64,000 bases of DNA, taken from IMG/VR virus record IMGVR_UViG_3300032524_000070. One strand, given 5' to 3'. Position 1 is the stretch's first letter; the number at the start of each line of letters is the position of its first letter. The position numbers and the translations under genes were made by a program. Shown here one piece after another: positions 25,407-36,500 of this stretch. This stretch comes from a virus. The notes beneath the pieces were generated by a model that was given only the letters and a program-made list of their open reading frames with translations, ran no database searches and was not told where the DNA came from.

Positions 25407-28400
25407 ATGGGTCTCGAATCACGGCCATACGTCGGCACCTGGCGGCTCAACGGGCGGCAGCTCATCCAGCACACGCCCGATGCGCTGGTCTACGTCAACG
25501 GGGAGACCTCGCTTCCGGGCTGCTCCAAGTGCAGTGGTCGCATCGACATCCAGCGATTCTTGACCGAGGTGTCGGTGGACGCGGGGACGGAGCCGGGTTC
25601 GGCCTCTGCCAGCTTCTCGCTCGCCATCCCGCGACACCACAACGAGTCGTTCGCGCGGGACGCGAAGTTCCTGCTCAGGCCCGGCCTCGAAATCCACGTC
25701 TACATGCGGGGCTACTTCCCCGTGGCTGGCCTCTACAAGAACCTGGCCGAGGGCAAGGTGAAGAACGAGATCACGTCGCTGGGGGACGTGACACCGGCCC
25801 AGATCGAAGCAGAGCAGCTCCCTGACCCCACCTCCCCCGGCACCTACGGGGCGGACGACGTGCTCGGTGGGGCGACGGTGGATGCCCCCACGCGGGCCAA
25901 CGCCGAGGTCACGGCAGCGATGATGAACACGCTGGAGCCGTACCTCCAGCAGCAGTACCCCGGAGCGAAGCTCTCCGTGAACTCTGGCTACGAGGCATCG
26001 GGTCACTCAGAGGACAGCCAGCACTACCAGGGCAGCGCGGTGGACATCACGGCCACTTCGGACGCAGGCCCGATCTCGTCCACGGACATCTGGCAGTCGG
26101 TCGAGAAGCTCCGTGGGACGGGCCACCTTCCACGGGGAGGCACGGGTGCCTACGTCTCGGGCGGGAGCACCCCGGAGAATCCGCTCTACCGGAACTACGT
26201 CCACATGGACCACCGGGGCGGGAGAGCCTTCTGGGTCTACGACCAGACCACCCAGGAGAGCGTCGCCAACCCCAACGCATACCTGCGGGTGCTCAAGGCC
26301 GGGGTTGGAGGTCTCGTAGAGCCGGACAGCACCGTGCGGGCCTACGACGCTGCGGTAGTCCCTCCGGCCCTTGCTCCACCCGCGACGACAGCGGGAATCC
26401 AGGAGCCGGTGACTCTGGCGACCACAGCTCAGGTGGGGCCTTCCCTGCTGGAAGAGCAGGGGCTCGCCGGGCTGGGCATCGAGGACACGCTGGCCTATCC
26501 GTACTACCACGTGTTCCACGGGGTCGTTACGGAGGTGAGCCACAGTGCTTCGGGTGGGGTGGGCACCATCTCGGTGAGCTGCTCGTCGATGCTCCACTTC
26601 TGGCAGTACCAGAACATGAGCACCAACGCCTCGCTGTTCGGGGCGAGGCCCACGAACTCGAAGCTCAAAATGAGCCTCGTCGGCCACAACTTCACGGGGA
26701 TGCACCCCTACCAGATCATGTACACGCTGCATCACGACATGGTGGGGGCAGCGGGCGGGGTCGGCTGGGCACTCGCCAACAGGACCCACCAGACGGCCGT
26801 GAGCGAGGTGGGCGGCGAGTCCCTGTACTCGCTCAACATCCGGTACTGGCAGAAGCGGTTCTCCGGCAGGACCATCCGGCTGCGGATGCACGGGGCCACG
26901 GGCGACCTGTTCAGCACGATGGCTGCCGCCTGGCTGGGCCGCACGTCGTCGTCGAGCATCATGTCCTTGATGCGGAAGCGGTACAGCACGTCGAAGCCTA
27001 GTGCGGTCAAGGGTGTGCTGGAGCGGGTCGGGCTCTACAACAGGAACAAGCGGGCAGCTCTGGATGCTCTGGAGGCCCTGGAGTTCGCAGACCAGAGCCA
27101 CGGGGGGAATGCCGCGAACAAGCCCGACTTCGGGATCAACATCGTCGAGATGCAGGCGTTCGTGTCGAACATCGGCAACTGGGGCCAGGTCAACCTCTTC
27201 GAGTCGTCCTACGAGAGCAAGCTGGACGTGGCCCAGAAGGTCATGGAGATCACCGGCTTCGAGTTCTATCAGGACGTGGACGGTGACTTCGTATTCAAGC
27301 CGCCGATGTGGAACCTCGACACGAGCGGGAGCCGCGTCTACCGCATCGAAGACATCGACATCATCAACATTGGCTACTCGGAGAAGGAGCCACAGGTCAC
27401 CTACATGACCTGCAAGGGCAGCCAGTTCAAGAACATCCAGGGCACGGGGGCTGAGAACGAGTGGGGCGTCCGGGGGCAGTACATCGACTACCGGCTGGTC
27501 GCGCAGTTCGGCTGGCGTCCGGGCAGCTACGAGACGGCCTACTTCAACGACTCCAAGAGCATGTTCTTCAGTGCGGTCAACCGCATGGACGTGATGAACA
27601 TCGGCATCAACTCGGCCAACGTGACCATCCCGGTGCGGCCGGAGATCCGCCCCGGCTTCCCCGTCTACGTCGTCTACATGGACGCCTTCTACTACTGCAA
27701 CAGCTTCGCCCACAGCCACGCAGTCGGCGGGCAATGCACCACAAGCCTCCAGCTCGTCGGCAAGCGGGCGAAGTTCTATCCACCGGGTCGCCCTGGCTCC
27801 GGGGGCTCCGGGTTCCTGGCCGACGTGGACCTGGGCAACACCATCCTGCCGCAGCGACCCATCCAGGTGCTCTCCCCTGACGGGACTCCGAGACTCTCCG
27901 GGTTCCCGAACGTGGTCATGGCCCTCGACCCCACGGCCATCAACCCGTTGTTCTTCGTCGTCGGCAACGACATGGCGGACATCAGCGACGTGCGGGTCAT
28001 CAAGTACCTGCTGAAGTTCGGGGTGGGGTCGGGCGTACTCAGTGAGCCAGAGGCACTGGAGAATGGTGGCCAGGTCTACACGATGACCACGGGCTCGAAG
28101 ACCGGGGCGGGTGAGGACACTCAGCCCATCACCGTCCGCTTCTACTTCCAGGAGGACGACTTCGAGGGCACGGCCTCGGTGCCCAGCAGCGGTCCTGACG
28201 ATGCGGAGAAGCCGTTCAACATCATCGCGGAGGCCATCAACTACGAGCGGCTGGTAGCCGAGGCCACGGCCGCGCAGGAGAACGACCAGGAGGCGGTAGA
28301 CCGCATCAAGTACGACATCATCAGCAAGCAGTCGGAGATGGCCAACCTGCAACAGTCGGCGGACAGCAACACCCCTGCCGTGCAGGTCAAGATCGAGGCG

Positions 28401-30563
28401 CTGTCGGCTGAAGTGGCGACGTTGGAGCAGAAGCTCCGGGACAAGGTTGCTCAGTTCAATCAGGCGAAAGACGCCCTTCAGGAGAGCTGGAAGGACCCCA
28501 GCAACGCCAAGGGTCGTGGCGTCGCGTTCCTGTTGGAGATGCTCGACCAGGTGGGTGCCGCCTACCGGACATCCGACAACTTCCAGGGGCGGGGTGACCT
28601 CGGCAGCTCGACCGCCCTGCTCGACATGCTCTCCGACAAGAAGGCCATCTTCTCCAACGGGTCACAGCCGGGCAGCTACCGCTACTACTCGGCCTCGCAC
28701 CCGGACAAGGAGCACCAGGGACCGAGCGTCATCGAGTATGACTCGGCGGCGAAGGGCAAGACCAAGGAGTCGAACCCAGCCCCCATCGACGGCACCGTGC
28801 CCACCATCAAGATGTTCTCGCCCCACCCCACGGCCCCGTTCCCCGGAGCCATCGTCCCGGAAGCGGAGCTGGTGGACGGTCAGCCGGAGGTCGGCATCAG
28901 GGTGCTGGACGGCAGCGGGAAGGAAGGTGGGGCGTCCTACGCCACCAGCGACATCATGGAGCTGATGTTCTCCGTGCAGGTCGTCACGGTGGTCAAGAGC
29001 GTCACCACGAACTTCCGCACCACCAACATCGGCAGCCTCGGCCCGGCGGCTCGTGCTCAGATCGGGGTGAAGCTCGCCCCCACGGCATCCGTACTGCCGA
29101 CGCAGAGCCTCACGGATGTCCTGGGGCCGCAGTGGAGCGATCTGCGAATCCCGATCACGGCAGCCATCGCGGCGATGAAGGTGAAGGCCGATGCAGGTGG
29201 TTGGAAGATCGGGACCTCTGTGGCCCCGGTCTTCCCGTTGTTCATCAACCTCTGGGCGGCTCTTGTGGACACCACGAAGCCTCTGTCGAGCTTCGCCTAC
29301 GCCGACAACCCTGATGGGGCAACCAGCCTGGGTCAGGCGGGGCTCAAGGCGACGCAGGACCAGCTCATTACCAAGGCCGCAGGGGCACTCGCGGGCAAGT
29401 TCTATGGGGGTCTGGAGGCCATCCGTCGTGCCGCCGCCACAGCCCTCAAGGAGTCCGGTGCTACGGGGCCGCAGTCGGATGAAGTGATCGGCGTGTTCAA
29501 CACCGCTCTCGGGGCGGTCATCGGAACGTCGGTCGCTCCGAGCAACACCCGCAAGGGTCGGGAGACGCAGCGGAAGACAACGACGACCTCCAGCCCGGTC
29601 TTCCCGGTGTCGGACGCCCGTGGCTACGAGGTCATCGGGTCGTACCGCTATGGCCGCGAGGTGAGCATCGAGCCGGAGGGGGTGTTCGATCAGCTCCACA
29701 AGACCGACCTGTTCAGCTTGCTCGACAAGAACCTGGTGGAGCAGATCCTTCGGTCCTACGTCCAGGGGCAGAAGATTGCCACTCCGGCGATGGAGACGGT
29801 TCAGGTCGGGGACAAGACGGTGACCCGCCCCGTAGGCAACGGTGAGATGAAGGTCCAGAGCGGAGCTGCCACCTCCCGCTACCTCAACGATGAGGTGGTC
29901 AGGCAGCTCAGATCGAAGAACCTGACCGACAAGCAGATCCTCGACTACGGCTTCCTCCTGGAGGGCGGGGAGTCGAACCAACTCCAATTCTCGCTGGCCA
30001 ACATCTTCGCGGAGCAGAACCTCGACGGCATCCAGAAGATTCCGGTCATCAACGCGGCCTACTCGCTCGCCGACATGAACCTCCAGCAGGCCGGTCACAT
30101 CTGCGACTGCAAGGCCGCAGAGGCGGACGTTCACATCCTTGCCTTCGGTCAGGAGCAGTTCCTCTCGTTCACGCAGGAGGGCAGCCCGGCCCATGAGGGC
30201 CTGGGGATGGACTCGGCGGACGCAGGCACCCGATGGGTGGCCATGACGGCGGCACAGGCGTCCGTGTCGTGGCAGCAGCAGCAGGAGGCCCTGCGGGGTC
30301 AGGTGCTCGACCGGGGCGGGAGCCACATCGTCAAGCAGATCGTGGAGACGTTCGGCATTGACACAGGGCCGAGCGGCAACGATTTCACGGAGTCCCTCGG
30401 CATCGAAGGTCTGGAGCCCGGCATCAGGACGAGCGTGTTCGAGAAGACCAACGCAGAGGCACAGCACAACTTCACGGACGAGGATGGACCTCTTCAGGAG
30501 GCCATCCGGGAGGCAGAGCAGAACGGCCTCAACCTGACGACGCCGCCAGGGGGTGACCAGTGA
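25407..30563 (+). CDS. Baseplate hub (gp27/gpD-like) with inserted peptidase M15 domain (1718 aa)
   Basis: Hub motifs ASFSL...LRPGLEIHVYMRG, VFHGVVTEVS, SKLDVA...GFEFYQDVDGDFVFKPP and RPEIRPGFPV. M15 motif SGY.....SQHYQGSAVDI...YVHMDHRG. Confidence 0.8.
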   Translation: MGLESRPYVGTWRLNGRQLIQHTPDALVYVNGETSLPGCSKCSGRIDIQRFLTEVSVDAGTEPGSASASFSLAIPRHHNESFARDAKFLLRPGLEIHVYMRGYFPVAGLYKNLAEGKVKNEITSLGDVTPAQIEAEQLPDPTSPGTYGADDVLGGATVDAPTRANAEVTAAMMNTLEPYLQQQYPGAKLSVNSGYEASGHSEDSQHYQGSAVDITATSDAGPISSTDIWQSVEKLRGTGHLPRGGTGAYVSGGSTPENPLYRNYVHMDHRGGRAFWVYDQTTQESVANPNAYLRVLKAGVGGLVEPDSTVRAYDAAVVPPALAPPATTAGIQEPVTLATTAQVGPSLLEEQGLAGLGIEDTLAYPYYHVFHGVVTEVSHSASGGVGTISVSCSSMLHFWQYQNMSTNASLFGARPTNSKLKMSLVGHNFTGMHPYQIMYTLHHDMVGAAGGVGWALANRTHQTAVSEVGGESLYSLNIRYWQKRFSGRTIRLRMHGATGDLFSTMAAAWLGRTSSSSIMSLMRKRYSTSKPSAVKGVLERVGLYNRNKRAALDALEALEFADQSHGGNAANKPDFGINIVEMQAFVSNIGNWGQVNLFESSYESKLDVAQKVMEITGFEFYQDVDGDFVFKPPMWNLDTSGSRVYRIEDIDIINIGYSEKEPQVTYMTCKGSQFKNIQGTGAENEWGVRGQYIDYRLVAQFGWRPGSYETAYFNDSKSMFFSAVNRMDVMNIGINSANVTIPVRPEIRPGFPVYVVYMDAFYYCNSFAHSHAVGGQCTTSLQLVGKRAKFYPPGRPGSGGSGFLADVDLGNTILPQRPIQVLSPDGTPRLSGFPNVVMALDPTAINPLFFVVGNDMADISDVRVIKYLLKFGVGSGVLSEPEALENGGQVYTMTTGSKTGAGEDTQPITVRFYFQEDDFEGTASVPSSGPDDAEKPFNIIAEAINYERLVAEATAAQENDQEAVDRIKYDIISKQSEMANLQQSADSNTPAVQVKIEALSAEVATLEQKLRDKVAQFNQAKDALQESWKDPSNAKGRGVAFLLEMLDQVGAAYRTSDNFQGRGDLGSSTALLDMLSDKKAIFSNGSQPGSYRYYSASHPDKEHQGPSVIEYDSAAKGKTKESNPAPIDGTVPTIKMFSPHPTAPFPGAIVPEAELVDGQPEVGIRVLDGSGKEGGASYATSDIMELMFSVQVVTVVKSVTTNFRTTNIGSLGPAARAQIGVKLAPTASVLPTQSLTDVLGPQWSDLRIPITAAIAAMKVKADAGGWKIGTSVAPVFPLFINLWAALVDTTKPLSSFAYADNPDGATSLGQAGLKATQDQLITKAAGALAGKFYGGLEAIRRAAATALKESGATGPQSDEVIGVFNTALGAVIGTSVAPSNTRKGRETQRKTTTTSSPVFPVSDARGYEVIGSYRYGREVSIEPEGVFDQLHKTDLFSLLDKNLVEQILRSYVQGQKIATPAMETVQVGDKTVTRPVGNGEMKVQSGAATSRYLNDEVVRQLRSKNLTDKQILDYGFLLEGGESNQLQFSLANIFAEQNLDGIQKIPVINAAYSLADMNLQQAGHICDCKAAEADVHILAFGQEQFLSFTQEGSPAHEGLGMDSADAGTRWVAMTAAQASVSWQQQQEALRGQVLDRGGSHIVKQIVETFGIDTGPSGNDFTESLGIEGLEPGIRTSVFEKTNAEAQHNFTDEDGPLQEAIREAEQNGLNLTTPPGGDQ

Positions 30564-32980
30564 CCGACCAGTACGGCAGAGCGTGGAACACCCTGAGTCA
30601 GGTGCATCGCGGGCACCTGACTCAGCAGCCCTTCGCCAAGAAGAAGAAGCTCGACGACATGAACCCCGACAAGGGGGGCAGCCTGGGGCTGGGCGTCGCC
30701 CGTGTGGTGGGCATCGACTACGAGGAGCACTTCGTCACCCTGCGTACCGTCGTCGGCACTGAGCAGGAGTTCGAGCGCGTCCCTGTCCCCCTGACGTACC
30801 CCGGTGCGGGCTGTCGTCACTTCTTTGGAGCCATGCCGGAGGTCGGCGACTACTGCGTGGTCGGCTGGCTCCCCCAGGAGTCCTCTGAGAAGCACGGCGG
30901 CAGCAAGACCCCCGTGATCCTCAACTGGATCATCCCGGGCGTCTGGCCCGGCCGTGACTGGCTCGCGCTCTCGAACTTCACGGAGGACGAGCACGACTCG
31001 GGCACCAGCCGTAACCGGGAGGAGGTCAAGGGGATCTTCGACCAGATCCGGCACAAGCTCCGGCACCTCCAGCCGGGCAACATCCTCGCGTCGTCATCGC
31101 AGGGTGCTGACATGGTGCTGGATGAGAACGTCCACCTGGCCAACCGCCGGGGCAACGAGTTCATCCTCCGCGACTCCGACCAGGCCGTAGTCACCCGTGC
31201 TCTCCAGCAGTTCACGGCTCTGGCAGGCAGCCGCACCTACGCAGGCATGGTCCAGCGCGACGCCCTCCGGCTCCCGACCACGATGTTCAGCGATGGGTTC
31301 GTGTGGGACGGGCCGATCCAGGCATACGCGGGAGTCGCCCTGCATGAGGGTGACCTCCCTGTGGATGGGGTCTACCCCGAGGGGTTCCTGACCCCTGACC
31401 CGCAGCTTGCCCGGACGTTCGATGCGGACGGCAAGCTCACCAAGTCGCTGTACCAGTATCCCGCCTTCCTCGACCCCTACGTCTTCCTCCGCAACGGTGG
31501 CTACATTGACGAGGATGGTGTCGCCGTGGACTCGCGGCACCTCAACGACGCGGTGTACGGCGGCAAGGGCATCTACCGCATCGGCACCGGGTCACTCGCC
31601 AACACCGTCCTCGACCCCGGCGTCCCGGCCCTGACCGAGCACCGGATCGAGGTGTCCCACACCTCCGATGGCCTCCTCCCGGTCACGGAGCAGACGGATG
31701 GGTTCGACGCCGAACGGCTCCCGCCCTCTGACCCCGACACGCCCGGCGTCTCCGGCAACCAGCCCTACATCGAGTGGGTCATGGGCTCGGTCATCGGCAA
31801 CGACCCCTTCTCCGGGCAGGGCCGCAAGGAATACGGCCTCCCCCTGGTCACTCGCGTCTTCGATGAAACCGGGGGGCTGAGCCCTCGCATCGAACCAGCT
31901 CGCGTCGCGTCAGCAGGGAAGTCCGGCGGGACCCCGCTCGTCGAGCACGCAGCGACGTTGTTCAAGCTGACCCCGCCCTCTGGCCGCCTGGCTCCGACCT
32001 GGTGGTCCATCAACAAGCAGGGGCAGGCCCGCGTCAACCTCTCCGGGCCACCCACGGGCTACGGCCTCGACATGGCTGTCGCTGGTGGGATGCGACTCGC
32101 CGTGGGGGGTGGGCTGGAGCTGCTGCTCAAGGGTGGCATCCACATCGGCACGCTGTCGAAGAACAGCCTCCGGCTCCGTAGCGAGCAGGGGCCTCTCATT
32201 CTCTACGGCGGCGGCTCCGACCGGGGTGATGAGAGCACTCTGGAGCGCCTCCAGGGCACGAACGGCGGCGAGAGTGGCGTGCCGAGCGTGGACATTCACG
32301 CCAGGACGAATGCCAGGTTCCGGGCCGAGAAGCAGATGCTTCTGAAGGCCGAGCAGTTCGAGACCAACGCCAAGGCGGTCAAGGTCATCGGCCACGACCT
32401 GATCGAGGTGGCCACGTCGAAGCAGCTCTCGGTGGCCGCCGAGGACATGAAGTTCACGGCCAGCGGCAAGCGAACCGACAACTTCACGGGTCCGAAGCAG
32501 CTCGATTCAAGCAACGGAGCCCTACACGAGCGGAGCTACACCCCGAACTTCTCCGGTGTCGTGTGCGAGGAGGTCAACTACGAGTCGGGCGACCGTGAGG
32601 AGACGTTCCAGAACGGCAACCACACGACGAGCATGGTCATCGGGGACATGACCTACGAGACCGACCAGGGCACCTGGAAGGCCCGGTCGGGACAGAACAG
32701 CCAGGAGGTCAGTGCCGATGGGGTCATCGGCACGGCCACGACCGGGAGCGCGAAGCTCACCGCGACGGCCGGAGCAGCGGTGATGAAGGGCTCGACCTCT
32801 GTGCTCGTCGAGGCAACGGCAGGGCCACTGACGCTCAAGTCGTCCAGCTCCATCTTCTTGCAGTCCTCCGGGAATGCCCCGGACATCGGTGGTGTGCTCT
32901 GCGCTGGCTCGCTGGAGCCCTTCACGAACCTGCCCTTCTCCACATGGGGCCTCGGTGCCGCAGGAGTGGTGGTGTCCTGA
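30560..32980 (+). CDS. Central baseplate spike (gp5/gpV/VgrG-like, 806 aa)
   Basis: N-terminal OB-fold pattern ARVVGIDYE...VPL..P.....F.GAMPEVGD.CVVGW, and C-terminal short beta-repeats (GDREETFQNGNHTTSMVIGDMTYETDQG). Confidence 0.75.
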   Translation: MTDQYGRAWNTLSQVHRGHLTQQPFAKKKKLDDMNPDKGGSLGLGVARVVGIDYEEHFVTLRTVVGTEQEFERVPVPLTYPGAGCRHFFGAMPEVGDYCVVGWLPQESSEKHGGSKTPVILNWIIPGVWPGRDWLALSNFTEDEHDSGTSRNREEVKGIFDQIRHKLRHLQPGNILASSSQGADMVLDENVHLANRRGNEFILRDSDQAVVTRALQQFTALAGSRTYAGMVQRDALRLPTTMFSDGFVWDGPIQAYAGVALHEGDLPVDGVYPEGFLTPDPQLARTFDADGKLTKSLYQYPAFLDPYVFLRNGGYIDEDGVAVDSRHLNDAVYGGKGIYRIGTGSLANTVLDPGVPALTEHRIEVSHTSDGLLPVTEQTDGFDAERLPPSDPDTPGVSGNQPYIEWVMGSVIGNDPFSGQGRKEYGLPLVTRVFDETGGLSPRIEPARVASAGKSGGTPLVEHAATLFKLTPPSGRLAPTWWSINKQGQARVNLSGPPTGYGLDMAVAGGMRLAVGGGLELLLKGGIHIGTLSKNSLRLRSEQGPLILYGGGSDRGDESTLERLQGTNGGESGVPSVDIHARTNARFRAEKQMLLKAEQFETNAKAVKVIGHDLIEVATSKQLSVAAEDMKFTASGKRTDNFTGPKQLDSSNGALHERSYTPNFSGVVCEEVNYESGDREETFQNGNHTTSMVIGDMTYETDQGTWKARSGQNSQEVSADGVIGTATTGSAKLTATAGAAVMKGSTSVLVEATAGPLTLKSSSSIFLQSSGNAPDIGGVLCAGSLEPFTNLPFSTWGLGAAGVVVS

Positions 32981-33558
32981 TGGCGTTGACCCGTGCCCTC
33001 TACTACGCCGACATGGTGGCTCTGAAGGGGGCTGGCCTGTTCGCGTTCGATGGCGTCCCCTTCGATGACCTGGCACAGAGCGTCGCGGCAGCGATGATGG
33101 CCTGGGGGCCGACCGTCCAGCTCAAGGGGCAGGCGGTGGGTACGGCCGGGGCCGGGACCATCAACACGCCCACCAGCAAGGTCATCCTCGCCCCCAACCC
33201 TCCGGTGGTCATCGCGGGCCTGGCCTCTGCCGGGATGGTCGGGCCGCTGAGCATTGCCCTTGGCACCGTGGTCGGTCAGGCCTTGGCGAAGACCATCTCG
33301 ACCTCCGGTGGCTACTCCGGTGCGGTCGTGGGGGTCGGCATCGGTGCCGACGTGTCGAAGGTGACCGTGGCGGACGAAGCAAAGCTCTACAACACCCTGC
33401 TCATCCTGCTCGGCACTGGACCGGCGGCCTCGATGATGGCCCGGGGCCTGGCCACGGGCATCTCGAAGCTGCTGTTGACGGCCACGGGCGCGGGTAGTGT
33501 TGTGGGCTCCCCAAGTACAGCCCCAGCAACGGGCACCTCTACCTCGGTGATGGTCTGA
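32980..33558 (+). CDS. Gly/Ala-rich virion protein next to the spike (possible spike tip)
   Basis: The ATG overlaps the spike stop (TGATG). Three LA..VA/VG/LA..I...G repeats are visible. Confidence 0.6.
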   Translation: MALTRALYYADMVALKGAGLFAFDGVPFDDLAQSVAAAMMAWGPTVQLKGQAVGTAGAGTINTPTSKVILAPNPPVVIAGLASAGMVGPLSIALGTVVGQALAKTISTSGGYSGAVVGVGIGADVSKVTVADEAKLYNTLLILLGTGPAASMMARGLATGISKLLLTATGAGSVVGSPSTAPATGTSTSVMV

Positions 33559-36500
33559 TGGGAATCGAGTTCACAGGTCACGTCCTGCGGGCTCCCCGGG
33601 TCGCCCCGGGGAACTCGACGACATCGAGCCCTCCGGCGAACGGGGTGGTTCGAGACGTTCGGGTGCCCCCGGCTCGGACAACCACGGCTCCTCTCATCGT
33701 GGACTTCGCGGGTGACCAGTATCGGGCCGCTGTGCTCGAAGGCCCCGGCACCTCCCCGCATGAGTATCTGGTCTGGACCGCCGTGTCCTCGCAGCTCGCC
33801 CTGGTCGATGACGCGAGCTGGTGGATGGCGGATGGCACCGGCAGCATCCCAGCCGGAGTGACCTTCAAGGTCATCGTCACGGACGACGGTGGGCGAGCCA
33901 TCGGTCGGGTGACCCACCTGGTCATCTCCCGTGGTGACGTGGCCCACGTCGATGAGGGCTGGGTGGACGTGAACAACCCGGCGGCAGGCCGACTGGGCTC
34001 GCTGCCCTACTACGTCGTCGTCCCTGCGGTCGTGGACCAGAACCCGGTGTCCGGGGTGGTCACCCTGACCGACGACAACGTGTTCACGGCCACGGGAGCA
34101 GCCCTGGTCCCCAGCACCCTCGCGGCCTTGTTCGGGGGTGGCCTGTCCATCGAGCGCGGCGATGTCGTACAGGGTGTGCGCTACACCTTGTCGGCAGCCC
34201 GCTTCTGGTGGACTCGCAACGACCGCTACGAGACCCGCTTCGGCTGGAACGGTCGCCTTCAGCGGTGGATGCCCTACAAGGGATCGGCCCCGGTCAACCT
34301 CGGCCGACTCCTGTTCGATGAGTCGTACCGGATCTCGCCTCCCCTCAGCAACCTCCCTGTGGGCTCTGTGCTGCCGGGGAATGCCCTGGTGGGCGACCAG
34401 TACGCCATGCTCCGGCTGGGCTCGTCAGCAGGGGCTCTGAGCCTCCCAGTGGGTGTCTCCGACCCCGATGGGTTCGAGGGTGTGCAGGTCGTCGCGGATG
34501 CCGACGTGGCGACTGACTACGACTTCTCCGGGTCCGCTCGGGCAGCGGTCGTGGGTCAGACGACGGGCATCCTCCAGTTCAACCCGCTGTTCATCGAGGA
34601 GCACGCGGGCAAGGTCATTTGGTACGTCTACCGGAGCTTCGCGGCGGCCTCGACCGGCATCGTCGGCACCCTCATCGCCCCCGATGACCTGTTTCTTGCC
34701 CCGGTGCCTGGTCCGACCGACTATCCCTTCATCCGCATCAACAACCGGACGCCCCTGACCGTGACGCTGGCTGTCGATGAGGCAGCTCTGGCCGCTTTGA
34801 CGTTCGGCGAGGGTTCGTGCGGTGTGGCCCTGACGACGGGACGGCTGAAGCTCTCTCAGACAGACATCGACAAGGCAGACCCAGAGAAGCTGGCGACCTT
34901 CGACAAGCACTTTCTCGGGGCGAGCATCGTCTACGACGGGGTGGCCCTCAACGCGACTCCGCAGCCGACGAAGGGGCCTCGACCTCTGGTGCAGCTCGAC
35001 GGGGTGACGACGACGGTGCATCCGGTCGAGCCGATGTACCTGCCCGCTGCCCTCCCCTGGCCGGAAGACGCAGCAGGAGGGCTGTACGCAGGGCTCGGCC
35101 TCTCCGGTGTCATGCACATGCCGGACAAGACCGGAGCGGTCCCCGACCCGGAGGGGGTGAACCCCGCCATCGTGGTAGTCCCGGTACGACCGGGTGGTGA
35201 TGCCTTGCCCCCGCCTGGTGGTGGGGTGCCTCCGCAGACCATCGGGCTGATCCGCCAGATCGAAGACGGGGTGGGTGACACCATCCTGTTCTCGAAGGCC
35301 GGGGCCATCGAAGAGCTGATCGTGGTGGACCGCAACAGCGAGCTGCCGAACTTCCCGTTCGATGTCCCCGGCGGGGTGGCCTACATCGCCCGTGAGGCAA
35401 CGACGGTGGCAGGGGCTCCGCACTCAGCGGTGCAGCTCGGGTCGGAGACACGGACAGCGTTCGCTGGTCAGGATGTCTACTTCCTCCAGGCGTCGTTGAA
35501 CCCCTCGACGTACACGGAGACGGCCGCCCTCTACTCCAAGAGCCGCATCGTCTTCCGGTTCGACGGCACCGAAGTCCTGTACTTCGCCAGCGACGGCACC
35601 GGCCACGACTGGCACGCCAGCTCCTTGCCCGCGCAGGACTTCTACACAGCAGGCGAGGTGGCTGCCTCCATCCAGGCCCGCATCACCGCACAGGCAGGCA
35701 CAGCGGTCTGTCGAGCTGCTGGTGACCGGGTGGTGCTTGAAGCGGCTGACCCGGACGTGGGCTGGATCGAGATCGGCTGGGGCTTCCCGAAGGACTTGAG
35801 CGGGGCGGCGGCCCTCGGATTCTTGCCGGGCTGGCGAGCCCTGGGTGGCCAGCCGAACTGGCTGACCGATGCGGGCGTCTCGATGGGCTTGTCCCGGAGC
35901 TTGCTCAACCTGGACCGCAGCAAGCCAGACGCGGACTACCTCGCGCAGTACCGGCTGTCCGATGTGGTGGTCGCCTCGTCCGTGCAGGGGTCGCCCTTCG
36001 TGTTCTTCGACTTTCCGCCCGTCGAGGACGTGGCGGGCTTCGATGAGGGGGTGTTCTTCAACCTCCAGACGATGGCACTCAACGGCGACGACATCCGCAT
36101 CGTGGACAAGCGGCTGGGCCACTACGCTGAGATCGAGCATCGCTTCGCAGAGGGCAAGTTCTCCTGGCTGGACAGTGCCACCTCATCGAACCCGGTCATC
36201 CAGCGCACCTCATCCGTCAACCTGGGGCACTCGGCGGTCGTTCCAGAGACGCTGCTGGGCGCTCCGGGCATCGGCGGGGGCTTCATGGCTGCCGAGGATG
36301 CCGGTCAGTACGTCGTCCAGCGTCAGGGCGTGGACTACCTGATCACCGACGACGGCCTCTCCGGCACCACCCAGCTCATCACCCGCTACGGAGCACGGGT
36401 GGACTTCGGAGCCCGTGGCACCTACGCCCTCGGTGGCACCACCTTCGAGGACCCAGACGCGAACTTCTTGGCGGCGATGCAGCCTGGTACACGCCTCAAG

